Assembly: GCA_963836075.1 (NCBI GenBank)
Contig: CAWIIB010000009.1
Location: 928,001-992,000 of the forward strand
Reading direction: 5' to 3'
Length of the DNA: 64,000 nt
Source of the DNA: an uncultured Acidobacteriota bacterium
GTDB taxonomy: Bacteria; Acidobacteriota; JAQAZP01
Part shown: piece after piece, positions 1 through 8,913 of the stretch
How the letters are laid out: each line of letters begins with the position of its first letter
Position numbering within the stretch: position 1 is the first letter of the stretch
The notes under the pieces: model-generated
Database searches by the model: none
Told to the model about the DNA's origin: nothing
What the model saw: the letters and a program-made list of their open reading frames with translations, nothing else
Translations under genes and position numbers: made by a program

Positions 1-1
1 G

Positions 2-604
2 CGCTACGGTTCGAACCTCGACTCGTTCAAGCGCGAGAGCCAGCAGGGACTGATGATGGAGAAGGTGCGCAAGAACCTGATCTTCCCCCGAATCAAGATC
101 ACGGACGAGGAGGTCCGTGAGACGTATATGTCCCATCAGGACAGCTTCCTCATTCCGGCCCAGGTCAGGCTGGAGGAGATCTTCTTCCCGGCCAACGAGC
201 TCAACAAGGCCCAGGTCCGGGAGCACGCCATTGAGGTCATTGCCGAGCTGCGGACCGGCGAACGGAGCTTCCCCGATACGGCGCGGCTGATTTCCGGCAG
301 CCCGTCGGCCGACCAGGGCGGCGACCTGGGAATGATCACCCTCGAAGATCTCTCCGGCAGCCTGCGCGAGGTGGTGGATGGCCTGGAGGAGGGCGAGGTG
401 AGTGACCCGGTGGAGACCGACTCCGGTTACCAGGTCATCAAGGTGGTGGAGAAGCAGGCGGCCACCTTCAAGCCGCTGCTCGAGGTGGAAGAGGTCATCA
501 GGGACACCCTGTTCAATGAGCGGCAGGTAGCGGAGCAGCAGGCGTTCCTCGACGAACTGCGGGAAAAGGCCTACATCAAGATCTATCCCGAAGAACTTCA
601 ATAA
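2..604 (+). CDS. SurA/PrsA-type peptidyl-prolyl isomerase (PpiC rotamase domain), 5' partial
   Basis: Frame is open from the window edge; rotamase motifs SFPDTARLISGSPSADQGGDLG and GEVSDPVETDSGYQVIKV; C-terminus LDELREKAYIKI typical of SurA family. Confidence 0.85.
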   Translation, partial: RYGSNLDSFKRESQQGLMMEKVRKNLIFPRIKITDEEVRETYMSHQDSFLIPAQVRLEEIFFPANELNKAQVREHAIEVIAELRTGERSFPDTARLISGSPSADQGGDLGMITLEDLSGSLREVVDGLEEGEVSDPVETDSGYQVIKVVEKQAATFKPLLEVEEVIRDTLFNERQVAEQQAFLDELREKAYIKIYPEELQ

Positions 605-635
605 CCACTGGCTGGCACCGTGTCGCCGCTGGGAT

Positions 636-659
636 GGCGGGGCGGGCCCGTCTTTTTTT
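636..659 (+). terminator. Putative intrinsic terminator
   Basis: GGCGGG-loop-CCCGTC stem (one G-U) followed by T7, just after the PPIase stop. Confidence 0.45.
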
Positions 660-666
660 ACCATTG

Positions 667-1038
667 ATGGACGATCTTCGACTCGATCTCTACCTCAAGC
701 GTTGCCGGTTGATCAAGCGCCGTGCCATGGCCAACGCCGCCTGCACGCGGGGGCTGATCCTGCTCAACGGCGCCGCGGCGCGGCCGGGAAAGAAAATACG
801 GGTGGGCGACCGGTTGAACCTGCGACACGGCGGCCGGCTGCTGGAGCTGGAAGTGGTGACGCTGCCTCGCAAGGGGGAGAAAAAGGTGCTGGACGGCGAT
901 CTGCCATACCGTATCCTCTCCTCCAGTCCGGCCCCGCGGCAGGAGGCGATGGAAGTGGTGTTCCTCTTCGAGGATTTTGAGGAAGAACTGACCCGGCCTT
1001 CTCACAAACCATCTGCTACGGATCCGGATACGCAATGA
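667..1038 (+). CDS. S4-domain RNA-binding protein, RqcP/YabO-Hsp15 family
   Basis: LRLDLYLKRCRLIKRRAMANAACTRGLILLNG...KIRVGDRL matches the YabO/RqcP pattern (MRLDKFLKVSRLIKRR); last ~15 codons lie inside the downstream MITE-like element. Confidence 0.8.
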   Translation: MDDLRLDLYLKRCRLIKRRAMANAACTRGLILLNGAAARPGKKIRVGDRLNLRHGGRLLELEVVTLPRKGEKKVLDGDLPYRILSSSPAPRQEAMEVVFLFEDFEEELTRPSHKPSATDPDTQ

Positions 1039-1168
1039 TCTGCGATGCTTTCTTGAATTCGCTCGGTCAACGTAGTGTAAACTACGCCTCCCGTCGCTCA
1101 TTCTTCGAAAGCACCGTATCTCAAGGCGTCTCCGGCTCCTCGCGACGATATTTTGTGAGAAGACCGGG
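992..1168. mobile_element. MITE-like element (~177 bp)
   Basis: 17-bp terminal inverted repeats CCCGGCCTTCTCACAAA (992-1008) and TTTGTGAGAAGACCGGG (1152-1168), 1 mismatch; nested internal stems GATACG/CGTATC, TGCTTTC/GAAAGCA, CGTAGT/ACTACG; no coding capacity. Confidence 0.65.
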
Positions 1169-1187
1169 CTAGGGGAAGGCACTGGAA

Positions 1188-2357
1188 ATGACAGCGAAAA
1201 ACCAGGGCGGTGAAGCGCCGAGAAAGACGATGTTCGTGGAGAACCTCGAGGTAAACTCCACCATCACCTCGATCTTTATCGTTCGGGACAAGGAAATCCG
1301 GCAGCAGAAGAACAACAACCAGGACTACCTGCGCCTGACCCTCGGCGATCGCACCGGCTCGGTGGCGGCGCTCTCCTTCTCGGACACGGACAAGAACTGG
1401 CACACCTTCAGCCAGGGCGACTATGTCCTGGTCCGCGGAGTGGTCAAGGAATACGCCGGGCGGCCGCAGATCAAGCTGACCCGGGTCCAGCCGCTGTCCG
1501 ACGACGGTGTGGATGCCCGGGATTTCCTCCCCTCTTCCGGCCGCGATGCCGGCGAGATGTACGACGAGTTGCTGGGCTGGGTGCGCAGCATCAAGGACCC
1601 GCACATCAGGCAGCTGCTGGAGACCATTTTCGGCGATGAGGATATCTCCGCCCGCTTCCGCATGGCCCCGGCGGCCAAGGGGATGCACCACGCCTACATC
1701 GGCGGTCTGCTGTCCCACACCCTCTCGGTGATCGGCCTCTGCCACCGGGTGGCGGGACACTACGGCTATCCGGCGGTGAACCACGACCTGCTGCTGGCCG
1801 GGGCGATGCTCCACGACCTGGGCAAGGCCTGGGAGCTGGACTGGCACCGCGGCTTCGACTACACCGACAGCGGCCGCCTGCTGGGCCACATCGTGGAGGA
1901 GTCGTTCCTCATCGACCGCTACATCAGCCGGCTCGAGGGCTTCCCCGAGGAGCTGCGGGTGCAGCTGCTGCACATCGTGCTCAGCCACCACGGGACCTAC
2001 GAGTACGGTTCGCCGCGGCGGCCCAAGACGGTGGAAGCGCTGATCCTGCACTATGTGGACGATCTCGACTCCAAGTGTCAGGCGATGCAGGACCTGATCA
2101 ATGCCGAGATGGGCCAGAAGGGCAACTGGACCAGCTTCAACCGCAACCTTGGCCGTTACCTCTACAAGAAGCGCTATGTCCACGGGGACGGTGACGCCGT
2201 GGAGGACGAGCCGCCACAGGTGCCCGACGAAACCGAGGCGCCGCCCGCCCCGCCCGCCCGGACGGAACCGCCGCGGCGCGACGGGGAGCCCGAAAAGCCG
2301 GAGCAGAACGAAACGGAAAAAAAGGCTGATCTGCCGCAGGGAAAGTTGTTTGATTAG
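1188..2357 (+). CDS. yhaM: 3'-5' exoribonuclease YhaM/Cbf1 family (OB fold + HD domain)
   Basis: YLRLTLGDRTG OB fold; APAAKGMHHAYIGGLLSH, LHDLGK, GRLLGHI, LSHHG and HYVDDLDSK HD motifs. Confidence 0.9.
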   Translation: MTAKNQGGEAPRKTMFVENLEVNSTITSIFIVRDKEIRQQKNNNQDYLRLTLGDRTGSVAALSFSDTDKNWHTFSQGDYVLVRGVVKEYAGRPQIKLTRVQPLSDDGVDARDFLPSSGRDAGEMYDELLGWVRSIKDPHIRQLLETIFGDEDISARFRMAPAAKGMHHAYIGGLLSHTLSVIGLCHRVAGHYGYPAVNHDLLLAGAMLHDLGKAWELDWHRGFDYTDSGRLLGHIVEESFLIDRYISRLEGFPEELRVQLLHIVLSHHGTYEYGSPRRPKTVEALILHYVDDLDSKCQAMQDLINAEMGQKGNWTSFNRNLGRYLYKKRYVHGDGDAVEDEPPQVPDETEAPPAPPARTEPPRRDGEPEKPEQNETEKKADLPQGKLFD

Positions 2358-2412
2358 AGTCTCTTCTTGACCTGCTGCAGCCCGCGGCCCTATATAGATA
2401 GAAAGCAGTGCA

Positions 2413-3428
2413 ATGACCGAAAGCGCTCTCCAGCAACAAACAGGTATGCTCAAGCCGCTGAAGATCGGCTCCCTGACCCTCGATCCGCCGGTGGTGATGG
2501 CTCCGATGGCCGGGTTCTCGGACCGCATCTTTCGCGACATGGTCCGCGGGTTCGGCGGCTGTCCGCTGCTTTGTACCGAGATGATCAGCGCCGAGGGTCT
2601 GTTGCGCGGCGGGCGGGGTACGCTGGAGCTGCTGCCCCACCCGGACGAGTTCGGCGACACCGCTGTCCAGCTCTTCGGCTTCAAGCCGGACCGGGTGGCC
2701 GAGGCCGCGGCCTGGGTCGAGGAGCGCGGGGTCCGGCTGGTGGACATCAACATGGGCTGTCCGGCGCGCAAGGTGGTGGTGGACGGGTCGGGTGCGGCAC
2801 TGCTCAAGGATCCGGACCGGGCCGTGGCCCTGGTGTCCGCCGTAAAAAAAAAGTCTCGATCCCGCTCACGGTGAAACTTCGTCTGGGCTGGGGTCGCGGC
2901 GAGGTCACGGTGCACGAGCTGGCGCCCCGGCTGGTGGACGCCGGCGCCGATGCGGTGACGCTGCATGCGCGTTGCCGTAACGAAGGCTTCTCGGGCCAGG
3001 CCAAGTGGGAGCACATCGCCCGGCTCAAGGAGGCGCTCACCGTGCCGCTGCTGGGCAACGGTGATGCCCGGACGGCTGAAGATGCCTTCCGCATGACCGG
3101 CGAGACCGGTTGTGACGGGGTGATGGTGGGCCGGGCCGGACTGGCCAAGCCCTGGATCTTCAGCCAGGTCGCGGCGCTGAACCGCGGCGAGGAGGCGCCG
3201 GAACCGGGGAAGGAAGTGCGTCGGCGGTTGATCCTCGAGCACTTCCGGCGGCTAGCCAGGGAGGACGAACCGCACCGGGCGGTGCACCGGATCAGGGGGT
3301 TCGTGGCTTGGTATTCCCGGGGCCTCAACGGCGGTGCGATGTTGCGGCGGGCGGTGAACCAGGCGCCCGACGCTGAAGAGTTCGAAGGGATCGTCAACAG
3401 CTTTTTCGACCAGGGTCATGTTAGCTGA
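2413..3428 (+). CDS. dusB: tRNA-dihydrouridine synthase DusB (split by a -1 frameshift at A9 run 2844-2852)
   Basis: APMAG, VQLFG, DINMGCP, GSGAALLKD in ORF 2413; TVKLRLGW, LHAR, GNGD, DGVMVGRA in ORF ending 3428. Confidence 0.9.
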
Positions 3429-4248
3429 AATCAAAAGACAGATGCAGCACGGCGGGGTGATCGACACCCCGGAGGAGCGGGACCGCTTCTTCCGCTATCT
3501 CGACGTGCTCGGCCCGCGTTTCGAGCCGCTGGTGGTGCGGGGCGGCAGCCGTCGGCGCCGCGAGTTCATGGCCCGCTGTCTCCACTTCTACGGACCGGGG
3601 CGCGACGGGGGCCACTTCGTCCTCTTCGAGTCGAGCGATGAACCGGGGCCGTCGGCGGCCGCCGCCGAGCTGGAGGAGTGCTGGCGCAGGAGCATGGGCG
3701 GCACGCTCTTTGTGGACCAGTTCGACAAAGCCCGCGGCGCGCTGCTCGATTCGCTGGGCGGAATCTGCCGCCACGTGGCCCGGGCCCGGGACCGCAGGCA
3801 GCAGCCGGCGCTGCCGGCCAGCGGCGCCCGGCTGGTGTTGGGCCGCAAGTCGGCACAGGGCCCGGACATGAGCCAGCGCAGCGCCACTGCCGCACGGCTG
3901 GAGGAGATTCTCGAGCCGATCACCGTGGACATGCGGCGGCTGAAGCCGCATCACGACAGGCCCTGCGGCAGCGGTGCAGCAGACTGTGTCGCCCACGCTG
4001 AAGCGTCCGAAGGAAACGGGGAAGAGCCGCCCTGGTGCCAGGAGCTGGAACACCTGCTGACCCGGATCTGGAAGGAGGGCGGGGCCCGCCAGGGCGGCGG
4101 CCTGCTGCGCCAGCTTCGGGAACGGGCCGACTTCGAACTGGCCGAACTGGCGCTCGGTGAAACCGGCGGGAACCGGAAGCGGGCGGCCGAACTGCTGGGC
4201 GTCTCCACCGCCACCATCTCCCGCCGCCTCTCCTCTGGGAAATCATGA
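3418..4248 (+). CDS. Fis-type HTH protein with a degenerate sigma54-activator-like AAA remnant
   Basis: C-terminal ALGETGGNRKRAAELLGVSTATISRRL (HTH_8); GGTLFVDQF resembles EBP Walker B GGTLFLDEI; no Walker A or GAFTGA. Confidence 0.65.
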   Translation: MLAEIKRQMQHGGVIDTPEERDRFFRYLDVLGPRFEPLVVRGGSRRRREFMARCLHFYGPGRDGGHFVLFESSDEPGPSAAAAELEECWRRSMGGTLFVDQFDKARGALLDSLGGICRHVARARDRRQQPALPASGARLVLGRKSAQGPDMSQRSATAARLEEILEPITVDMRRLKPHHDRPCGSGAADCVAHAEASEGNGEEPPWCQELEHLLTRIWKEGGARQGGGLLRQLRERADFELAELALGETGGNRKRAAELLGVSTATISRRLSSGKS

Positions 4249-5933
4249 CCCCGTTCGGCAGGGCCGGGACCCGGAAGGGCTGCATCATCACCACCATGGT
4301 CATCGTTCTGCTCACCGCCGCCATTGCCGTTGGCGGCTGGTTCTGGCTCCGCACCTGGCTGAGCAGCCGCCAGCTGGACAACCTCGAGACATACGAACGT
4401 CACCGCCGGCTGACCCTGGCCCAGGTGGAGCTGGACGCGCTCCGTTCCCTGAGCCAGCGGGCCCGCAGCGGCGTTCTCGACGAGACCCGGGGCGGCCTCT
4501 CCTTCCTCCTCTCCGAGGAGGTGCTCAACCGCTGCCTCGAACAGTTTGTCGGGCTGCAGGGGGGATCGGGCACGGGCAGCGACTTCCGGATCACCGGCGC
4601 CGGGCTGCAGTGCCTGGACGGGGTGGCCATCGCCACCTTCGACCTGGAGGTGGAAACCCGCTACCCCGGCATCTCGGCCCGGGGCCGGGCGGACACCCAG
4701 CTCACCCTGGCCCCCGGTGACCAGGGTGAGCTGGTGGGGCGGTTCCGCATCATCTCCATCTCCCCCGACTACACCATCCAGGGGCGCAAGGTTCCCGCCT
4801 TCGAGTTCCTCAAGCGCATGACCGCCGCCCGCCTGGACCGCAGCGCCCGGGTGAAGATCCCCGACCTCCACATCCCCCTGGCCCTCACCGGGGAACTGCC
4901 GTTCGGCAAGGTGGACAAACAGACCGCGGGCGGCTCGGTGACCGTGGAGATGCCGGCGGGCAGCCTGGGCTACCGGGTGGAGATCGGTGACGCCGGCTTC
5001 TACAAGGGATTTGTCCGGGCCGCGGCCTCGGCGGTGACGGTGACCGCTTCGGGGAAGGACGCGGAGACGGCGGGCGGGGACACCGGGCCGGACTGGGTGA
5101 CAAAGGTGCCCCGAACGGAGGAGGGCGAGGAATTGCAGCTCCACCCGCTGGCCGGGGACCCGGCCCTCTTCGAGAAGGAGCTGGCCCGGCTGGAGCAGCG
5201 GCTGGCCGATGTCCGGGCGCAGCTGGCAAAGCTGGATCTTCCCGGCGGCCCGGACAGCGACGCCGAGGTGCGCTGCAGCCGCGAGCTGCTGGACGGGCTG
5301 CTGCACCAGCTGGCCGGCGCTGTCGAGGAGGACGTCCTGATCACCATCGAGAACATGGAGAACGCCTGGCAAAAAGAGCAGAAGCTCTTTGGCCGGACGT
5401 TTCAGAACCACGCCGACATCGTTCATGCCGATGGCCGGGTGGACATCCGCGACCTGCGCCTGCTGGGCGTGGAGGGGAACCGGCTGCAGGTGCAGGTGCA
5501 GATCGTGGGGGATGCCCGCGGCTCGGTCAAGGTGTCGATGTATGGCCTCCGCTCTACCGTGCCGGTGATCCTCGACGTCAAGGCCGACCAGGTGCTCTTC
5601 TTCACCATGGAGGATGACGGCGAGGGCGGGTTCGTGGTGCGGCCCGAGCCGGTGGAGATCCCCCTGGAGGTGGCCGCGCAGGTCCATGTGGGCTCGTACG
5701 CCATCAACCTCAACCCCCCGCTCTCCCTCGAGGCACAGAAGGTCATCCGCCCGGCCCACGTGCCCCTGGGCCTGGACAGCACCATCACCATCCCCACCCG
5801 GATGAAACGCTCGGACGTGCTCGACTCCAAGGATGTCCGGGTGACGGTCACCGCCACCGGCATTCCGGCGGTGACCAAAAAGGGTGGCCTGGTTGTTGGC
5901 GCGCGGCTGGCCATCGAGGAAGAGAAGAAGTAG
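4245..5933 (+). CDS. Hypothetical membrane-anchored exported protein, two beta-rich halves
   Basis: 562-aa ORF overlapping the upstream stop (ATGA); single N-terminal TM helix; host-like codon usage. Confidence 0.7.
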   Translation: MTPFGRAGTRKGCIITTMVIVLLTAAIAVGGWFWLRTWLSSRQLDNLETYERHRRLTLAQVELDALRSLSQRARSGVLDETRGGLSFLLSEEVLNRCLEQFVGLQGGSGTGSDFRITGAGLQCLDGVAIATFDLEVETRYPGISARGRADTQLTLAPGDQGELVGRFRIISISPDYTIQGRKVPAFEFLKRMTAARLDRSARVKIPDLHIPLALTGELPFGKVDKQTAGGSVTVEMPAGSLGYRVEIGDAGFYKGFVRAAASAVTVTASGKDAETAGGDTGPDWVTKVPRTEEGEELQLHPLAGDPALFEKELARLEQRLADVRAQLAKLDLPGGPDSDAEVRCSRELLDGLLHQLAGAVEEDVLITIENMENAWQKEQKLFGRTFQNHADIVHADGRVDIRDLRLLGVEGNRLQVQVQIVGDARGSVKVSMYGLRSTVPVILDVKADQVLFFTMEDDGEGGFVVRPEPVEIPLEVAAQVHVGSYAINLNPPLSLEAQKVIRPAHVPLGLDSTITIPTRMKRSDVLDSKDVRVTVTATGIPAVTKKGGLVVGARLAIEEEKK

Positions 5934-5941
5934 AGCGGGGG

Positions 5942-6008
5942 CTCGGGGACGTACATGAATATATGAATTTTTTCAGAAAAAATTCATATATTCATGTACG
6001 TCCCCGAG
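5942..6008. repeat. Perfect 67-bp palindrome, copy 1 (REP-like)
   Basis: CTCGGGGACGTACATGAATATATGAATTTTTTC-A-GAAAAAATTCATATATTCATGTACGTCCCCGAG: 33-bp arms, 1-nt centre. Confidence 0.95.
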
Positions 6009-6009
6009 T

Positions 6010-6849
6010 TTACGACGGATTGATCACCAGCGGTGCGTCCGGATCCGCGTTCTCCAGCTCGAACCACACTTCGCCCGCGGTGGCATCGAGTCCGTAGGCG
6101 ATCTCCACCGGCAGGTCATGCTGGGTCGCCCGGGGTGCTTCCTCGTGCAGGTCACCCCAGGGGGTGGCGATGACCAACCGGCCGGTCTCGTCCAGCCGCA
6201 GTGCATCCTGCCCTCCGTAGCGCAACCTGATCAGGCCGGCATCCGCGGCGCGGTCCAGGCGGTACTCTGCCTTGAGCCTTCCGGCTGACCCGCTGTATGC
6301 CAGGTCAACCCCGGGCCACAGGCCGCGGTAGACGATCCTTTCGAAGGTGGCCGCACCGCTGACCCAGCCCTCGGGATCCTTGCCCCGGAAATAGCTCACC
6401 TTGCCATCCAGCGGGCTTTCTCCATCAACGGTCGCAGCGGCGGATGTGCCGAGGAAATGAATCTTCAGCGCGAAGCTTTCGATTGATAGCGTTGTTTCGC
6501 CCACCGGATTCTCCGGGTCATCTGTCTGGGCGGTGGTTTTCACGTTGCGGGTGAATACCGCGGCCAGGGAGTCGGCGGTGTAGAAGAACGTTCCGGTGCC
6601 GTGGCGTGCGGCAAAGAGGACTTGCGGATCGAACTGGCCCCTGTTCTCTTCGAAGGCCAGGGACAGATTGCCCAGCGCTCCCTGGGCTGCCTGGGGCGCG
6701 GGCGGTGGTGTTGCAGTTGCCGATGGTGGCGCTTCCGCACCAACGGCAGGCGCCGCATTCTCCGGCCAGGGCGGCTCCGATGTGCCGCAGCCGCAGAGCA
6801 GAAGGAGAACGAGGAGCGCAACAAATGTTTGGATGGGTCGTGCCGTCAT
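6010..6849 (-). pseudogene. Lipoprotein carrying only the N-terminal domain found in SBBP/beta-propeller surface proteins; probably 3'-truncated
   Basis: Lipobox LLCGC; FEENRGQFDPQVLF, SYFRGKDP, YRGLWPGVDL, IRLRYGG, LVINP motifs; stops immediately after LVINP, next to the palindrome. Confidence 0.65.
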
Positions 6850-6877
6850 CGTTCAGCAACTCCTCGAATCAGGAGGC

Positions 6878-6944
6878 TCGGGGGACGTACATGAATATAT
6901 GAATTTTTTCAGAAAAAATTCATATATTCATGTACGTCCCCCGA
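6878..6944. repeat. Perfect 67-bp palindrome, copy 2 (REP-like)
   Basis: TCGGGGGACGTACATGAATATATGAATTTTTTC-A-GAAAAAATTCATATATTCATGTACGTCCCCCGA; same core as copy 1 with G5/C5 instead of G4/C4. Confidence 0.95.
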
Positions 6945-6952
6945 ATACGGAC

Positions 6953-8497
6953 TCAGTGCCGGTGCAGGACGGCGTGCATGATCCGCCTGGTCTCGTGCAG
7001 CCGGTCGTCGGCCGGCAGGTCCACCAGGTGCTCGTTCATCTGCTCGTCCTTCTCCGCCTTGAGCATCTTCACCATGTAGTCGATGGTGGCCTCGGGGAAG
7101 ATCCCCTCGCGCTGGTAGAGCTTGCGGTGTTCCTCCAGCCGGGCCGCCGAGGCGACACAGCTGGTGGGCAGCGCGGGCAGCCGGTCCAGCAGTTCCTGGT
7201 TCTTGAAGATGTTGCCGTGGGCGTAGAGCTCTTCGGCGAGCTTCAGTGACTCGTCCCTGTGGGTCAACCCCCACTGGGCGGCCATGGTGATGCCGGCCAG
7301 CAGCAGGTGGATGATGGCGCTGCCGTCGGGGCAGCGCAGTTCCACGGTCTGCCGGCTCTCTTCCGAGGCGGCCAGCTCCTCGATCTGCTGGGGGTTCAGC
7401 GTCCGGGCCAGGTTGCTGGTGCCGGCCCAACCCAGGGGCACGCGGATCATGGCGCTGCGGTTGAGGTCGCTCCAGCAGATGCGGGTGGGCGCCTCCTGGT
7501 CGGGCACCAGCCGGAGATAGGCCGAGGAGACGGTGTTGCCAAAGGCGGTGAGCGAGCCGGCGTAGTGGCAGAGGCCGCCGATCACCTGCCGCGCCGCGTC
7601 GCTTAGCGCGCCGTCCCCCTCGTTCATCACATTTTTCCCGTCCTTCATCAGCGCCATGTGCACGTGGAAGCCGTTGCCGGCCACCCCCTCCTCGATCTTC
7701 GGCGCGAAGGTGGCCACGTAGCCGTATTTGTAGGCGATGTTGCGGATCAGCCAACGGGCCAGCACCAGGTGGCTGCCCGCCTCCTCCACCGGGGTGGGCA
7801 GGAACTCGATCTCCAGCTGTTCGGCCCGCTTGCCGCGGATCTCCTCCAGGTCGCTGCGCACGTGCTCCACCCGGCCCACCTCGCTGTGGGCGTACTTCAC
7901 CGCGCCGGTCATCTGGGCGATGGCCCGCACCATCTCGTCCAGCACCCGGCCGCTTTTGACGAAGGGCGCAGAGGCGTGGTAGCCGCGCTGCCGGTCGCCG
8001 GGGAAGATCTTCGCCTCCTGGTCGCCGATGAGGAAGAACTCCAGCTCGCCCATGGCGTGGAACTCCATGCCGGTGGTGTCGGTGAACAGTCTGGCCGCGT
8101 TGTGCAGGATGTTGTCCAGCGCGAAGGTCGCCCGTTCGCCCTCGGCAGTGAGGTAGCGGCAGACGAGATCCAGGCTGCCCGATTCGAAGGGATTGAGAAA
8201 AGCGGTCTTGTAGAGCGGCACCACGTAGAGGTCGGAAACTGCGGCGTCCACCATCCCCTTGAACAGCGACGAGCCGTCCACCCGCTCGCCGTCGGCCAGC
8301 ACCCGCTCCGCCTGCTCCCGGCTGACGATGGGCAGCTTCAGCTCCTTCAGCTTGCCGTCCAGGGCGGTATAGTGAAAGGTGATCCGCTCGATGTTCTTTT
8401 CTTCGATCACCTGGATCAGATCGGCCCGGGTGAAGTCCTCGGCCGGCTTGTCCAGGATCACCGAGATCGGGTTGGTCAGGGCGTAGTGTTGTTTCAT
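6953..8497 (-). CDS. glnA: Glutamine synthetase family protein (GSI-like)
   Basis: DGSS, GELEFFL, HSEVG...QLEIEF, ATFAPK...GNGFHVH, YLRLVP.QEAP, NRSAMIRVP, ELRCPD; GGAGG RBS before ATG 8497. Confidence 0.85.
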   Translation of the reverse strand: MKQHYALTNPISVILDKPAEDFTRADLIQVIEEKNIERITFHYTALDGKLKELKLPIVSREQAERVLADGERVDGSSLFKGMVDAAVSDLYVVPLYKTAFLNPFESGSLDLVCRYLTAEGERATFALDNILHNAARLFTDTTGMEFHAMGELEFFLIGDQEAKIFPGDRQRGYHASAPFVKSGRVLDEMVRAIAQMTGAVKYAHSEVGRVEHVRSDLEEIRGKRAEQLEIEFLPTPVEEAGSHLVLARWLIRNIAYKYGYVATFAPKIEEGVAGNGFHVHMALMKDGKNVMNEGDGALSDAARQVIGGLCHYAGSLTAFGNTVSSAYLRLVPDQEAPTRICWSDLNRSAMIRVPLGWAGTSNLARTLNPQQIEELAASEESRQTVELRCPDGSAIIHLLLAGITMAAQWGLTHRDESLKLAEELYAHGNIFKNQELLDRLPALPTSCVASAARLEEHRKLYQREGIFPEATIDYMVKMLKAEKDEQMNEHLVDLPADDRLHETRRIMHAVLHRH

Positions 8498-8913
8498 CGC
8501 TGCCTCCACAAGACCGGGATGGGCTAACTGCTGGCACCTGGTGGCGTTACCCCCATTCTCGGGGGCGGCCATGATATAGCGGATGGGGCGGGAATGTCCA
8601 GATGGATCGGCCGTCGATCGGTTCGGACCGATCGGGGAGGGGGTGGATCCCGGTGAGCCGGCGGCTGCGGTCGGTGAAGGTGGAGGTCACTGCCTTCGTC
8701 GTCCTTCGGTCCCTTCTGGACGATCGATTTATCAATGGCAGATCCATTCGTCTCATGATGCTGTGCATCAATGACGCCTCCCGGACCTGCGCCCGGGGAT
8801 CGGACCGCTCCGGGCCGCGAGCGGTTCCCCAGGCCTTTGTCAGTCTGCGGCCTATTGATGTATAAGGTAGGAAGCATCGTTTCTAACCCCGTGCATCGAC
8901 GCCAGAGGCAGGT

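Noticed and set aside
1098-3242. Long antisense ORFs (this one, 3951-5759, 41823-43967, 48222-49874 and similar)
   Set aside because: Shadow frames of real high-GC genes with no recognisable motifs
5942-6944. Palindromes as CRISPR repeats or protelomerase sites
   Set aside because: Only two copies ~870 bp apart with no spacer array or cas genes; they have an odd 1-nt centre and no protelomerase gene is in the window
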